Source: Octopus sinensis
Taxonomy: Eukaryota
Reading direction: 5' to 3'
DNA: 64,000 bases
Assembly (NCBI RefSeq): GCF_006345805.1
Contig: NC_043011.1
Location: 45,334,464 to 45,398,463, forward strand
Positions within the stretch are counted from its first letter, which is position 1, and every line of letters begins with the position of its first letter. Shown here one piece after another: positions 23,096 to 37,496 of the stretch. A model generated the notes under the pieces. It saw only the letters and a list, made by a program, of their open reading frames with translations. It was not told the DNA's origin and ran no database searches. A program made the position numbers and the translations under genes.

Positions 23096-24101
23096 ACACC
23101 TCTTTTATCTTTTACTTGTTTCAATCATTAGACTGCGACCATGCTGCAGCATCACCTTGAAGAATATTTAGTTGAAAAAATCGACCACAGAACTTTTTTC
23201 TTTCTTTCTTTTATTTTAATCCTGGTTCTTATTCTATCGCTCTCTTCAAACCGAACCGCTAGTTTACGGGGAGGTAAACACACCAACACGGTTGTCAAGC
23301 GGTGGGGGGGGACAACTTCAGACATAAACACACATACACACACAATACATACATTCATACATACATACATACATACATACATACATACATACATACATAC
23401 ATACATACATACATACGACGGGCTTCTTTCAATTTCCGTCAACCAAATCCACTCACAAGCTTTTGATTGGCCAAAGGCTATAGAAGAAAACACTTGCCTA
23501 AGATCCCAACGTGCAGTCTGACTGAACCCAGAACCATGCGGTTGGGAAGCAAACTTTTTACCTCACGGCCACACCTACATGGTTCCGAGTTCACTTCCAC
23601 TGCGTAGCACCTTGGGACGTGTCTTCAACTATAACCTTTGTGGCGACTAACGCCTTGTAAGTGGATTTGGTTGATCGAAAGTAAAAGAAGCCTGTCGTAT
23701 GTATAAGTGTGTGTGTCTGTGTTTGTTCCCCACCACCGCATGATAACCGATGTTGGTGCAGTTTCGTCCCGGTAACTAAGCTGTTCGGCGAAAGACACGG
23801 AATAAGTATGAGGCTTTAAAAACAATAATAATAAGTACGGGGGTCGATTCATTCAACAAAAAAAATCTTCAAGGCGGTGCCCCAGTATGGCCGCGGTCGG
23901 ATGACTGAGAAAAGTAAAAGATGAAAGATAAACACCACAAACAAAGGAGAAATGCTCAAATTATTTGAGTGATAAATACACAGAATGTAGATTGGTGTAG
24001 GTCTAGTCTTTAAAACCAGTTTGGGAAAATAATGAACATGTTTCGGTTTTATGAGACATCGTTAGCAAAGTCAATACTATTCAACAATGACTAAGCGTGG
24101 T

Positions 24102-24169
<68 letters not shown>

Positions 24170-24170
24170 T

Positions 24171-24267
<97 letters not shown>

Positions 24268-24323
24268 CTGTCTCTGTCTCTCTTTCTATCTATCTATCTA
24301 TCTATCTATCTCTCATTCACTCA

Positions 24324-24363
<40 letters not shown>

Positions 24364-24869
24364 ATCTCTATTTAATCATCTATCTTTCTGTTTCTCTGTC
24401 TGTTTGTCTATTTGTCTATTTATCGATGTGTGTGTGTGTGTCTTTTATCTTTCACTTGTTCAAGTCATTGGTCTGCTGTCATGCTAGATCACCGCCCCCA
24501 AGGATTTTTAGTCGAGCAAATCGACCACAGTACTTAATTTTTTTTTCAAAGTTTGGCGCATGTTCTATCGGTCTCTTTTGCCGAACCTCTAAGTTACGCG
24601 AAAGTAAATAAACCAAAACCGCCAGTTGTCGAGCGGTGGTTTAGGAAAAAACGCAAATGCGAAGATACACACACACAAATATCTACGACGGGCTTCTTTC
24701 TGTTTCCGCATCTAAATCCATTCACAATGGTGTGGTAGGCCCAGGGCCATAGTAAAAGATTCTCCCCTAAGGCTCCACGCAAAACCAAAATTCTTACCAT
24801 AGATGCGCCTACATGTATGTATGTATGCGTGTTTATATATACGTGTGTGTGTGCGTGTGTGTTTATATA

Positions 24870-25185
24870 TATGTAGTCATAAAGCGAGACAGATGAGTGA
24901 CAACCCGGCCACTGGTGGTGATGTTACACACCATACTAATCATAACTGTCAGGCATGTGGAAGAGAGTGTAATTCGGCAGGAGGACTTAAACGACATGCA
25001 AAGGTACATGAAGCCCAGTTACAACAACAGCCGGCTATTGCCGGTAAAGGTTTTAGCTAGCAATTCTGTACAAGACATTGTAGATCTTTAGCTGGGCTAA
25101 AAAGTTACATTCGATCACAGCACCAATAACAGTGAAGCTTCATGCAATGGCCATACTCGATAAGGAGGGGGCAGCCATCATATAT
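24870..25185 (+). mobile_element. RTE-clade LINE 3' end (C-terminal C2H2 zinc-finger remnants and tail)
   Basis: CQACGRECNSAGGLKRH..VH (24947-25009), then a second decayed finger FCTRHCRSLAGLKSYIRSQH, then ATGGCCATACTCGA..GGGCAGCCATCAT(AT)n. Confidence 0.6.
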
Positions 25186-25400
25186 TATATATATATATAT
25201 ATATATATTCTATAATTGTTTCGACACATCTAGCATCGACTCCTCTTGTGGGAGACACAAAAACTGGTTCAGGCGTATCCGGTGGTGCAGACGTATCTCG
25301 TCGAGTGATGAATAAATAAAAAAAGTCTCGTTACAATGACTGTTCCATAAGGCAACTTTCCGTTTTGTAGAGAGAAAAACAACCAGACGGAGGAAAGTTC

Positions 25401-25437
<37 letters not shown>

Positions 25438-25960
25438 GATCCAAAAATAAAATTTCAGAAGACAAAAAGGGAAACGAACACTTAATCCAGCGAGAAAAAG
25501 TATTGAAAATAACCGTTAACCGATATGGATGTATAAACGCCCTCGGGCAAGCAGCATTGCACGAGTACACACGCTCATGCAAGCATTAGCAAAAATGGGA
25601 GCATACGTACACGTGAGGTTAGGCGTACTCATGATTACAAAGCGAGTTAGATATTTAGTTGGTGTTTAGAAGAACGGGGAGGTTTAAAGTAAATTTAAGT
25701 CATCCATACCTTAAAGTAAAATAAAATAAAATTACACTAAGTTAATGGTTACTCAAAATTCATTCTCACTGGATTTTGTGAAAGTACATTTATATGCGTG
25801 TAGGCATCACGATAGTCTTTCAGAAATGTTGTTGTTGTTGTATCAATTGTCTTGTGGGTAACGATGTATGAAAACAGCAGCGTTGAGCAGCCTGGGCTGA
25901 GGTTCACTTTCACCCAGCGCTTGCAATTAGGTAGTCTAATCCAAAAAATTTTTTAGAAAT

Positions 25961-26180
25961 AGGCGGCGAGCTGGCAGAACCGTTAAGCACGCCGGGCGAA
26001 ATGCGTAGCCGTATTTCGTCTGCCGTTACGTTCTGAGTTCAAATTCTGCCGAGGTCGACTTTGCCTTTCATCCTTTCAGGGTCGATAAATTAAGTACCAG
26101 TTACGCACTGGGGTCGACGTGATCGACTTAATCCGTTTGTCTGTCCTTGTTTAGCCCCTTATGGAGTAATAAAGAAACAG
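25961..26180 (+). mobile_element. SINE family B, full length
   Basis: Homologous to 3519-3752. Confidence 0.85.
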
Positions 26181-26599
26181 ATAGTCTTTCAGAAATTCTA
26201 GTATCTTTTCATTAGTCCACAGAATATATATAGTTAATTTACAGAAAATAAAAGACGAACACAAGTGAAGGAACAATAAGAAGGTGCACTATTTAAGACT
26301 GGTGAAACAGACTTCTCAGACAACGTCTGACCACCAAGATCCTTTTTTTTTTTTTTTTTTGGGTCACAGAGGACACATTCCCGCCAGAGACCAAGAACTA
26401 TATATTTAAGACGGTTGCAATTTCAGAATCACTGTGGCTGGTGACTAAGGCTCCGAGAACGGCATGTCTTTTGATCTTCTGCATGTAACTCGAAGCTTCC
26501 GTGTTGAGACTGAGAAAAAAGTAAATATTCTGTTAAAGTTTGGTTCTGAAAAGGTTTGTTTTCAAACAGCTGGCTCACCCTGTGCTTATATACATACAT

Positions 26600-26760
26600 A
26601 GATATCCCAAAACGTCTGAGATCCAAAACTCATGGGGTGGATGTAGGCGTCTTCAAAACAAAACTGGATCTCCTCCTGCCAAGAGTTCCGGATGAACCTA
26701 ACAGCGACTAAAAACGAAGATGAGGGCAGCACCATCAAATTGCATCATTCACCAAATGTC
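26600..26760 (+). mobile_element. CR1/L2-type LINE ORF2 C-terminal fragment
   Basis: IPKRLRSKTHGVDVGVFKTKLDLLLPRVPDEP matches the LP..LR....V..FK..LD..L..VPDEP pattern. Confidence 0.5.
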
Positions 26761-27049
26761 ACATATCGGAGGAGGTTTAGTGAAATTGTAGCAAAGCTAA
26801 CGATGGTACCCAGATATGGCCGCCCTTCATGAACTGATTTTAATAAAGAATACATACATACATACATACATACATATTATTGTGTGTGAGTGTGTGTATA
26901 AATGTGTATAAATATGTACACTTACTTATGTATACACACACACACACACATATATATATGTGTGTGTATGTATATATATATATACATACAAACATACATA
27001 TGTGTGTGTGTGTGTGTGTATCAAGTTATAAATGACGACAAAAATAGTA

Positions 27050-27450
27050 TTCTTTTCCTGTTTCATTTATTTGACTGCGGCCATGCTGCAGCACCGCCTT
27101 TAGTCGAACAAATCAACTCCAGGACTTATTCTTTGTAAGCTTAGTACTTATTTTATCGGACACGTTGTCGAACCGCTAAGTTACGGGTACATAACACACC
27201 AACATCGGTTGTCAAGCGATGGTAGGGGGAAAAACACAGACACACACACACACACATATATTTGTATATGTATATACATATATACGACGGGCTTCTTTCA
27301 ATTTCCGTCTACCAAATCCACTCACAAGGCTTTGGTGGGCCCGAGACTATAGTAGAAGACACTTGCCCAAGGTGCCACGCAGGGGGACCGAACTCGGAAC
27401 CATGTGGTTGGTAAACAAGCTTCTTACCACACAGCCACGCTGCGCCTATG
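27050..27450 (-). mobile_element. SINE family A
   Basis: Homologous to 100-500. Confidence 0.8.
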
Positions 27451-27700
27451 ATAAAATTTATTTAACCATTGGAAATTTTTGTTATCTCACAACAATTGTT
27501 TCGCAACGTAAAACATGCAGAAATAAGGAAGTTTTTTTATGAGAACCATCGGATTAGCCGAATCTATATATCATATATTGTGACTTTATATATGTATGTA
27601 TTTATGTATGTGTGTATTTCATCATGTTAAACCGTTAATCCCTGCACATTTATCTCCCACCGTTTTTTCGTTCTCTCTACATTCTTTTTTACCTCGCATC

Positions 27701-27738
27701 ACTTTGTGTCGAAGGGCGTAGGCTCGAAACGTCAATGA
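27701..27738 (+). ncRNA. Degenerate HHR-like fold (C3G, A6U)
   Basis: GTGTCGA-A-GGGC(GTAG)GCTC-GAA-ACGT-C. Helix I is poorly paired. Same family as 58482-58519. Confidence 0.35.
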
Positions 27739-27847
27739 CTCTTCCATTCTTCCTGAGCATCAAGCTTGCTGTTGTCCCTTGACCTGTCTTCGAATTCTGT
27801 TTTCTGTAAATTTAAACTATGCCTCGTTTCTCTGTTTTTTTTTTTTC

Positions 27848-27947
27848 NNNNNNNNNNNNNNNNNNNNNNNNNNNNNNNNNNNNNNNNNNNNNNNNNNNNN
27901 NNNNNNNNNNNNNNNNNNNNNNNNNNNNNNNNNNNNNNNNNNNNNNN
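27848..27947. other. Assembly gap (100 N)
   Basis: Run of exactly 100 N, ~700 bp upstream of the DUSP ATG. Confidence 0.99.
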
Positions 27948-28654
27948 CGTTCATAATATGACGGAAGACACACCACATAACACGTTTTCTGGCCAACCAG
28001 TCGTGTGTTAGGCTTTTAGCATTAGCATTTGTGTGGTGGACTTAGAGCTGAGAGCAGGGAAATTCTTTAATCTCGCTTTGCTCGCCATTCTCTCTCTCAC
28101 TCTCTCATTTTTTTACACTATACACAGCTTGCACACATATTATATATATATATATATATTAATGTGTAATATTCACTCTGCCAAACCATTATAATCATTA
28201 CCACCACCACACACGCACGCAATTTTAACACTCTTGGAATTTAATGCTTATTCTTTAAAGAAAGAATTAACAGACGTTTTGCTACCAGAACCAGATTTAT
28301 TACCTAAGCCAAAGCTGATATAAACCTAAACTGCGGCTTCCTTTCTTTTCCAATTTTTATATTTGTAAAATCAAATTTAGCTTTATTCACATTTTTTCAA
28401 AGCTTGCTTTGAAAACAGAACGAAAATATATACACGCACTTTGTATTTTGTACGTTGTTACTCTAAAAAAAAAAAGTAATTTTTAACAGTGCATATATAT
28501 ATATTTAAATAATATATATATTCATAGAATATATATATTTACTTAAATATATATTTCCATAACATTAACTCATTCTCTTCGGTTTTAAGGGATTGAGGAA
28601 AATTCAATCAAGATTCATTTCCTTGTGAAGAGTCCCTCCAAGACATTGTCCAAG

Positions 28655-29015
28655 ATGGACATAACTGTACACATATCACCCCGCGACCTGTCCGAAATAA
28701 TAACCAACAGTGAGAACACCTTGTTACTCGACTGTCGACCGTTTCTGTCGTTTAATGAAGGCCATATCATCACCGCCCGAAATATCCACTGTCCACCGAT
28801 ATTAAAACGTCGGTCCGGAGGATTTATTTCACTGGAGAATATAGTGCCGGACGAAACCAAGCGATTACATTTGACCAGTGGCCACTACACATCTGTTGTA
28901 TTGTATGACCAGGACACGAACACTCTGGCTGATGTCAGCAACGACACGAACCTCTATTTGGTATTTAAGAGTCTCAGACAGCAAGTTCAAAACGTGGACA
29001 TTTTTTACTTAAGTG
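28655..29015 (+). CDS. DUSP1/DUSP4-like: MAP kinase phosphatase, coding exon 1 (rhodanese/CH2 domain with kinase-interaction motif)
   Basis: ATG at 28655; LLLDCRPFLSFNEGHI (CH2A) and ILKRRS (KIM). Donor AGTG|GTAAGT, phase 1. Confidence 0.9.
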
Positions 29016-29527
29016 GTAAGTAAATATAATATATTTCTCTGTACTGTTGTTGTTGTGATGATTGGTTGTTGTGTAGATCCGACTAGTCGTGACCTTCTCG
29101 ACGACTTCTTGGAGGGGATATATCTACGACTGTTATAGTATCTCATGTTGCTCCTTTCAAAAGCAGCGTTGCATGATTTGAAGGAGATTTAGCTGCTATG
29201 TCTAGTAGGAGGAGAGAGAGAGCACAGTGACTCCCTGTTTCCGTGTATGTGTGCTACCGAGTAAATACAACAGCTTTGTTTATATTCTCTGTCGTCGCTT
29301 TTTTTATGTTCTGAGTTCAAATTGCGCTGTGGTCACGTTTCTTTAGTCCATCTAAGGGGTCGACAAAATAATGTACTAGTCCTTATCGGTATATTGCCTT
29401 TCCTTCCAAATTCGTGCTCCAGTATGACCGCAGCTTTTTAGGCTGAAACACAAGTGAATAACTTCCTCCCACTCCATTCGAAACCAATTATTGTGCGTGC
29501 GCGTGTCAACGAACAAGTGATGATGGA

Positions 29528-29558
<31 letters not shown>

Positions 29559-30175
29559 AATAATAATAATTTCAAAATTTGGCACAAGGCCAGCAAATTC
29601 AGGGAAGGGAGTACGTCGATTACATCGACCCCCAGTATCCAACTTGTACCTATTTTATCGACCCTCGAAAGGGATAATGTCCAAAGTCGACCTCGGCAGG
29701 GAGTTGTAAAAAAAAAAAAAAAACAATAATTGTAAGAACTAGAATAAGTGGGATGTCACCATTCACGTTTATTTCACTGGCATAATTTTTGATTCCCACA
29801 GTTTTAAAATGCAAGACCGGTCTTTATTTTAAATAAAGATACAAGACGGGTCTTTATTTGTTTACTACTAATAAAGACCTGTGGAGAGGGAACAATTACT
29901 ATGAACAGTATTTGTTATTGTTATATATATATTTTCTTTTGCTTCTCTTCCCCCCCCCCATCGTCATTGATTTTTTGTTATTGTTGATGTGCAGCAGAAC
30001 GATGTTGACACCGTTTGTTTATTTGTTGTATTTTGTTTTGTTTTCCCGCCGTGATAGCCATGGCAGGATTTAATCATGAAAGAAATTTTCATAGGAGATT
30101 AATAGATATGAAATATATATGAATGAAGACGTTCTATCGAAATGCGTACACAAACAACACGCGCATCTGCAGTCT

Positions 30176-30225
<50 letters not shown>

Positions 30226-30251
30226 TTATATCGCATGTTATATACGCGTGT

Positions 30252-30283
<32 letters not shown>

Positions 30284-30724
30284 AATTTTATTTTAACAAT
30301 TCATGGTCATATTGATGTCTATTCTATACACTACAAATGCATCTTATTGTACTGTATTTATTAAACTATATATATATTATATATACATACATACACACAC
30401 ACACGTGTTAATGTGTTGTGTGTGTGTGTGTGTGTGTGTATGCAGTTGCGATTCTGAGATAAAACCGTTTCATCTATTGAAGAATTTTTCTCTTGAACAT
30501 TCCCAAACGACGGCGATGAGGGGGCGTATAGGTTTTCAGGAAGTACTAAAGCGATGATAGTGGATGGCGGGGGGGGGGGGGTTAGGGGGGTTAGAGGGGG
30601 GGAGAAGGGAGGGAGAGAGAAAAAGGGGGGAGGAAGGTAGAAGCTATTGAGAGAGATAAGATTTGCCAGGAAGTACTACTGCTGTGGCTACCAACACATA
30701 AAAAAGTACAACACAACACACACA

Positions 30725-30907
30725 TTATAATATATATATAGATATATTTTATATATATTATATATATATATATTTATATATATATATAATTTATATATAT
30801 ATATATATTATATATTTATATATATATATATATATTATATATATATATATTTATATATATATAATATATATATTTATATATATATATATATATAGAATAA
30901 TATATTT

Positions 30908-30994
<87 letters not shown>

Positions 30995-31068
30995 ATATAT
31001 TATATATATATAATATATTTATATTTATATATATATATATATATAATATATATAATATATATATATAT
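30725..31068. repeat. (TA)n microsatellite, ~340 bp
   Basis: Interrupted TA run. Confidence 0.95.
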
Positions 31069-33330
31069 CCACACGCTACGTTGGTTGCTTACGAAGAATT
31101 TTATCTGCCTTCTGCTTCTTCCGGTAACCGCAAGTAGTAGTAACAGTCTGGTCTGTGTGTCTGTGGGTGTGCTTTGATGGTTCTAGAGTTCATTATCATC
31201 TTGCCTCTCTAACTCAAGATTTTCATACACATTTACTCATCCCCCGCCTTCCCTCTCTTTCTCTCTCTCTCTCTCTCTGTTCTGCTGGTCTACTTAACTT
31301 TACCCTGAATAAGAATTTTGGAATGGAAGAATGTGTGTGATCAGTCCAAGCACCACTAACCAAATTGGTGCTGCTTACCTATTTTTTATTGCACTAGCGT
31401 TTCCTCACCCACTTATATTGTACACACAGACAGACAGACAATATCTGTGTTGTGTGTGTCTATGAGTATGTTTAGTAAGAGAAAGAGCGCGAATGAGTTT
31501 ATGTGAAAAACCCTCTGCTCAATTGATCTTATCTTTAGGTTTCACTTCAAGTAACGTGATTCATTTCAAAGATCTTCATTTCATTCAGTTCCATTCTGAA
31601 AAATGATGGTTGCGCCTCGTTCTGGGGTTGTGGCCACGAACACCCCTGAATGATGGCGGCAGTACAGAGGCGAAATACTTAAGGGGGAAAAAAGCTTAAT
31701 AGAAGAATATTTCACACAGTTAATATATGAGAATAATAAGATTTATATCAAATAATAATAATGATGATGATAATAATAAAGAAATAATAAACAGCAGCAA
31801 TGACAATATTCAGCAGAACACGGGGGAAAGTGTAGGCATGTGGGTCAACCCACAAGCAACTCCCTGGGTATTCCGTCTATATCTATAATGCAAGTGCCTT
31901 CTTACCGCCAACCTACGCTCTAGTTTTATTGCCCAACTGATGCAAGTGAAGGATGTTGGAATGCCTACGGAAGGAAACTAAGCGTCACTATTAGAGCTTT
32001 ATGAATGGAAGACGCGGTGAGAATGTGTTTCATTTGCCAAGACAACGATGAAGGCGGGCGATGTTGCTTACTGTCACCCCAGTATTCAACTGGTAAAATA
32101 AAATGATTTTTTCAAGTAACTATTACACATGTAGCACTTATATACATAAGGTTTGTGCCCATACTGTTCCAATCAGCTGAGATTATCTAAGCCATGAGTT
32201 GACAAAAACTTCCGCTAAATTTGCTCTAAAACCTAAAATGAAAAGCAGTTATGGGAGACAACTCCAATGAGATAAGTTGATGGAAGTTTTTTTTTGGACA
32301 ATACATCAACACAATGTAGATTAGAGTAGATAAGTCAAATGATGTAATGTTTCGATCTTATTTAGACCTCCTCAGCGAAGCGAATTCAGTTCAGTGGGTG
32401 GATAGATCGACTATTGAGTGACCAATGTGTATGCGTGCGCGAGTGTAACAACGTCGCAACACTGATTATAGAAGAGACAATATGGCCGAGGGAAAATACC
32501 TGCGTGTAGCTTTTCTGCGTGCAGATGCATTATGCAGCGCACGTCATTTAGGTATTTTCCTTCAGCATATATCGTCTGTGTGTGCGCGCGAAATCGTGTC
32601 ACTGGGAAATGAAACCGTAATTTTCAGTATGAATAACTTAGCAGAAAAAATTATGAATTTGTATCCTTCTGATTTTTATGTTAGTTGAATATCTTTTAAT
32701 AATTAATAAAATATTTCGTTAAAATCAAATAACAAACAAAGAGCTTTGGGTTTGAGATTTTTTTTTACTTTAGCAAAAATAAAATCACCCACTACTATTA
32801 TTACTGTTTCGTGCAGCTACTAGTTGTACTACTACTACTGCTGCTGCTAGCCTCATTAAGAAGTGATTGTTATGTATCATGTTAATGATAGAATCTCGGT
32901 CAAACATCCCCCCTCCTCCTTACCTGAACTCCTCTACTCTTTATTGAAAACAAAAGCCAACCGAGCTTTTCTGCCTATCTAGTTGTTAAGTACTCTGTCT
33001 TTCGCCAGTGTATCAGATATTCTTTATCTAGTGACCTAGCTACTCACCTACCTCTATCTTTGTACAGTGTGTGTGGATGGACAGATAGATGATGTGATAT
33101 ATGTGCCTGTCTAGATATGTGTATATATATATATATATAGTTAAAGTAATACTAAGTAATTGAGGGTTCAGCAACGATTTGCCTCACCACACACCGAATT
33201 TAGAAATAGCAGTCAAAAATTTGAGGAAATAAAATGTGTATTCCCACGCAGGAAAGAATACTGGAAATTTTGTTTTGGGGTTTAAAAAAAGCAACTGAAA
33301 ATTAAAACAAGTCGTTTTAAAATTTTGTGG

Positions 33331-33379
<49 letters not shown>

Positions 33380-33949
33380 GTGTGTATGGTGAGAGAGGGG
33401 TGAATCTTAATTAATAAGAACCGAGTGGAATAAGATACTTGTTGGAACATGGATATGTCGATACTCAGAGTTTTCTCGAAACTCGTGAAATTAGATAGAT
33501 AGAATACGCCTGCACGTATTTATTTAATACACCAAAAAAATCTCTGTTTTTCTCTGGCTGCGATCCATAAACACCCTCTCCTACAGTAATCTCTAGTAGT
33601 TACCTCCCTTGTGGCCGCCATTGCTTCTCCAAAACTACATCATCACCTATTTATAGTATATTACAAGCTAGCTACATCACTCTCTGCAGTTTCCATCTAA
33701 ACATCACCTACATTCACCACCAGCATCACTTTCTTCCTCATTTCGTTGTTGTTGTGTTGTTGTTGATTATTTTGAACAGCTGAGTGGGCGACTGGCTTAT
33801 ACAGTTTTGTTTTATTTATTTTTTCCATTCACCCATTCTTCCTTTTTTTTTTTTTATCCTTTGATCTCTAAAAATTCCCCGTTCATTAATTATTTTTATT
33901 CTTTCTCGTTAACAAATATATCGTGCATGTAATTATATAGTTCGGGCTG

Positions 33950-34022
33950 TGTATATATATATATATTATATTATAATATATATATCAATATATATATACT
34001 ATATATATATATAATATATCTA

Positions 34023-34058
<36 letters not shown>

Positions 34059-36430
34059 AATATGTATATAATATATATATATATATATATCTCTAATCAT
34101 GTATATATATATATATAATATATATATATATCTCTAATATGTTATATATATATATATATATATAATCTCTAATATGTATATATATATATATCTTAATATG
34201 TTATATATATATATCTCTAATATGTATATATATATATATCTCTAATATGTATATATATATATCTCTAATATGTAATATATAATATATATATATCTCTAAT
34301 ATGTATATATATATATCTCTAATATGTATATATATATATCTCTAATATGTTATATATATATATCTCTATATGTATATATATATATATATAATCTGTATAA
34401 TATATATATCTCTATATGTATATATATATATATCTCTAATATGTATATATATATATATCTCTAATATGTATATATATATATGATATAGTATAATATATAT
34501 ATATCTAATGTGTATATATATATATATCTAATGTGTATATATATATATATATCTAATGTGTATATATATATATATATATATCTGATGTGTATATATATAT
34601 ATATATATATCTAATGTGTATATATATATATATATCTAATGTGTATATATATATATATATATCTAATGTGTGTATATAGTATATATATATTATATATCTA
34701 TAATGTGTGTATATATATATATATATATATCTAATGTGTGATAGTATATATATATATAATCTAATGTGTGATATATATTATATATCTAATGTGTATATAT
34801 ATATATATATCTAATGTGTATATATAATATATCTCTAATGTGTATATATTATATATCTCTAATGTATAATTATATATCATATATATATATATATATATCT
34901 AATGTGTATATATAATATATATATCTCTAATGTATAATATATTATATAATATATATATATATATATCTAATGTGTATATATAATATATATCTAATGTGTA
35001 TATATATATATATATCTCTAATGTGTATATATATTATATATATCTCTAATAAGTGTAATATATATATTATATAATCTAATGGTGATATATATAATATATA
35101 TATCTATGTGTATATATATATATATATATATATCTAATGTGTATATATATAGATATATATTCTAATGTGTATATATATCTAATATATCTAATGTGTATAT
35201 ATATATATATATATCTAATGGTATATATATATATATATATCTAATGTGTTATATATATCTATATATATATCTAAGTGTATATATATATTATATATCTAAT
35301 GTTATATATATATATATATAATCTAATGTGTGTATATATTATATATCTAAATGTGGTATATATATATATAGTCTCTATGTGTATATATATATATATATCT
35401 CTATATATGTATATATATATATATAGATCTATAATATATGTGTTATATATATATATATATATATATATATCTATATATATATAATATAATATCTCTAATA
35501 TATAGATATATATATATATCTCTAATATATATATATATATATATATCTCTAATATATATATATATATATATATCTATATATATATATAGATAGATATATA
35601 TTATATTATATATATCTAAGTATGTATATATATATATCTCTAATGATGTTATATATAATATATCTCTAAAGATGTATATATTATATATATATCTAATTAT
35701 ATGTATATATATATATATCTCTAATATGTGTATATATATATATATCTAATAATGTATATATATATAATATATCTAATATAGTATATAATAATATATCTAA
35801 TATATGTATTATATATATATATATCTAATATATGTATATATATATATCTCTAATATATGTATATATATATATATCTCTAATATATGTATATATATATATC
35901 TCTAATATATGTATATATATATATCTCTAATATATTGTATATTATATATATATCTAATATATGTATATATATCTAATATATATATATATATATATATATC
36001 TAATATATGTGTATTATATATATATATCTAATATATATATTATATATATCTAATATATATATATATATATCTAATATATATATATATATATCTAATATAA
36101 TATATATATATCTAATATATATATATATCTTAATATAATATATATATATTCTAATATATGTATATATATATATATATCTAATATATGTGTATATTTATAT
36201 ATATATATCTAATATATGTATATTATATATTATCTATGTGTATATATATATATATCTAATATATGTATATATATTATATCTAATAATATATATATATATT
36301 AATATAGTGTATATAGATATATATCTAATATATGTGGTATAATATATATATATCTAATATATGTATATATATAATCTAATATATGTGATATATATCTAAT
36401 ATGTGTATTATAATCTAATATATGTATATG
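33950..36430. repeat. ~2.5-kb compound satellite, unit CTAAT(A/G)TG(TA)n
   Basis: Dozens of TCTAATATG / TCTAATGTG / CTAATATATG anchors separated by variable TA runs. Confidence 0.9.
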
Positions 36431-36449
36431 TATATTATATATAATATTA

Positions 36450-36624
36450 TATAAAATTGGATTCAATCCTAAATCTGATTTTCCTGTAAGTTTGGATTTA
36501 TTCCCTAATATTATTATTATATATATATATATATTTATATTATATATATGATATATATATAAAATTGGATTCAATCCTAAATCTGATTTTTCCCTGTAAG
36601 TTTGGATTTATTCCCTAATATTAT

Positions 36625-36660
<36 letters not shown>

Positions 36661-36850
36661 ATAAATATAGGGAATAAATCCAAACTTACAGGGAAAAATC
36701 AGATTTAGGATTGAATCCAATTTATATAATATTATATATATATGTATATATATATATATATATATATAATAATAATAAATATTAGGGAATAAATCCAAAC
36801 TTACAGGAAAAAATCAGATTTAGGATTGAATCCAATTTATATAATATTAT
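36450..36850. repeat. Mirror array: two direct plus two inverted ~65-bp units separated by (TA)n
   Basis: AAATTGGATTCAATCCTAAATCTG...TTCCCTAATA at ~36453 and 36561; reverse complements at ~36667 and 36781. Confidence 0.85.
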
Positions 36851-36877
36851 ATATATATAATATATATATATATATAT

Positions 36878-36923
<46 letters not shown>

Positions 36924-37438
36924 TATATAATATATATACCTGTTGAGTATTTTGTAAACATGATCTTCATCTTAGACATAAAAAATAGATTTATCTCGAC
37001 AAAATCTGTCAGTAATGTTTATATATGAAAATATATGGTATTTGCCTCTTTAATTCAACGCACCTGTGATCAAAGGCGCTCTGATTGTGCCAACCTGTCT
37101 AGTTTTGTATATCTAGAACTACCTAATTCAGTTCAATAAGCCATACATTTTTATTTTTAATAAAACAGCAAAGGTGTAAATTGGGAGAATCTAGCTGGTA
37201 TTTCTTGCAGGTTGAGCAACCATGTAGAGGCAAAAGCTGAAGAATTTCGGTTGCGATGTGGAAATTTCGCCCCCATTTAAACCTGGAATTGCCTCCTGAT
37301 GAATTCTTTAATCCCCTTCCCAAGAAATAAATGCCCCCACTCCCTACAAAATGGTTTCATTCTTGAGACTAAAACATTAATTTAATTTCCATATTAATGA
37401 ATTTGTAGAAATTAAAATTCATTGATATTTTCAGTACA

Positions 37439-37496
<58 letters not shown>

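Noticed and set aside
24030-24070. HHR-like minus-strand CTAACGA...GAAACATGTT
   Set aside because: Helix III is palindromic, but helices I and II do not pair convincingly and G5 is absent. Too degenerate to call.
24803-25060. C2H2 zinc-finger gene
   Set aside because: One finger plus a decayed second one after a stop codon, followed by an RTE-like tail. Better explained as a LINE ORF2 C-terminus.
28625-28654. GTG start given by the ORF track for DUSP exon 1
   Set aside because: The in-frame ATG at 28655 gives an N-terminus of similar length to DUSP1-type proteins; there is no evidence for a non-AUG extension.
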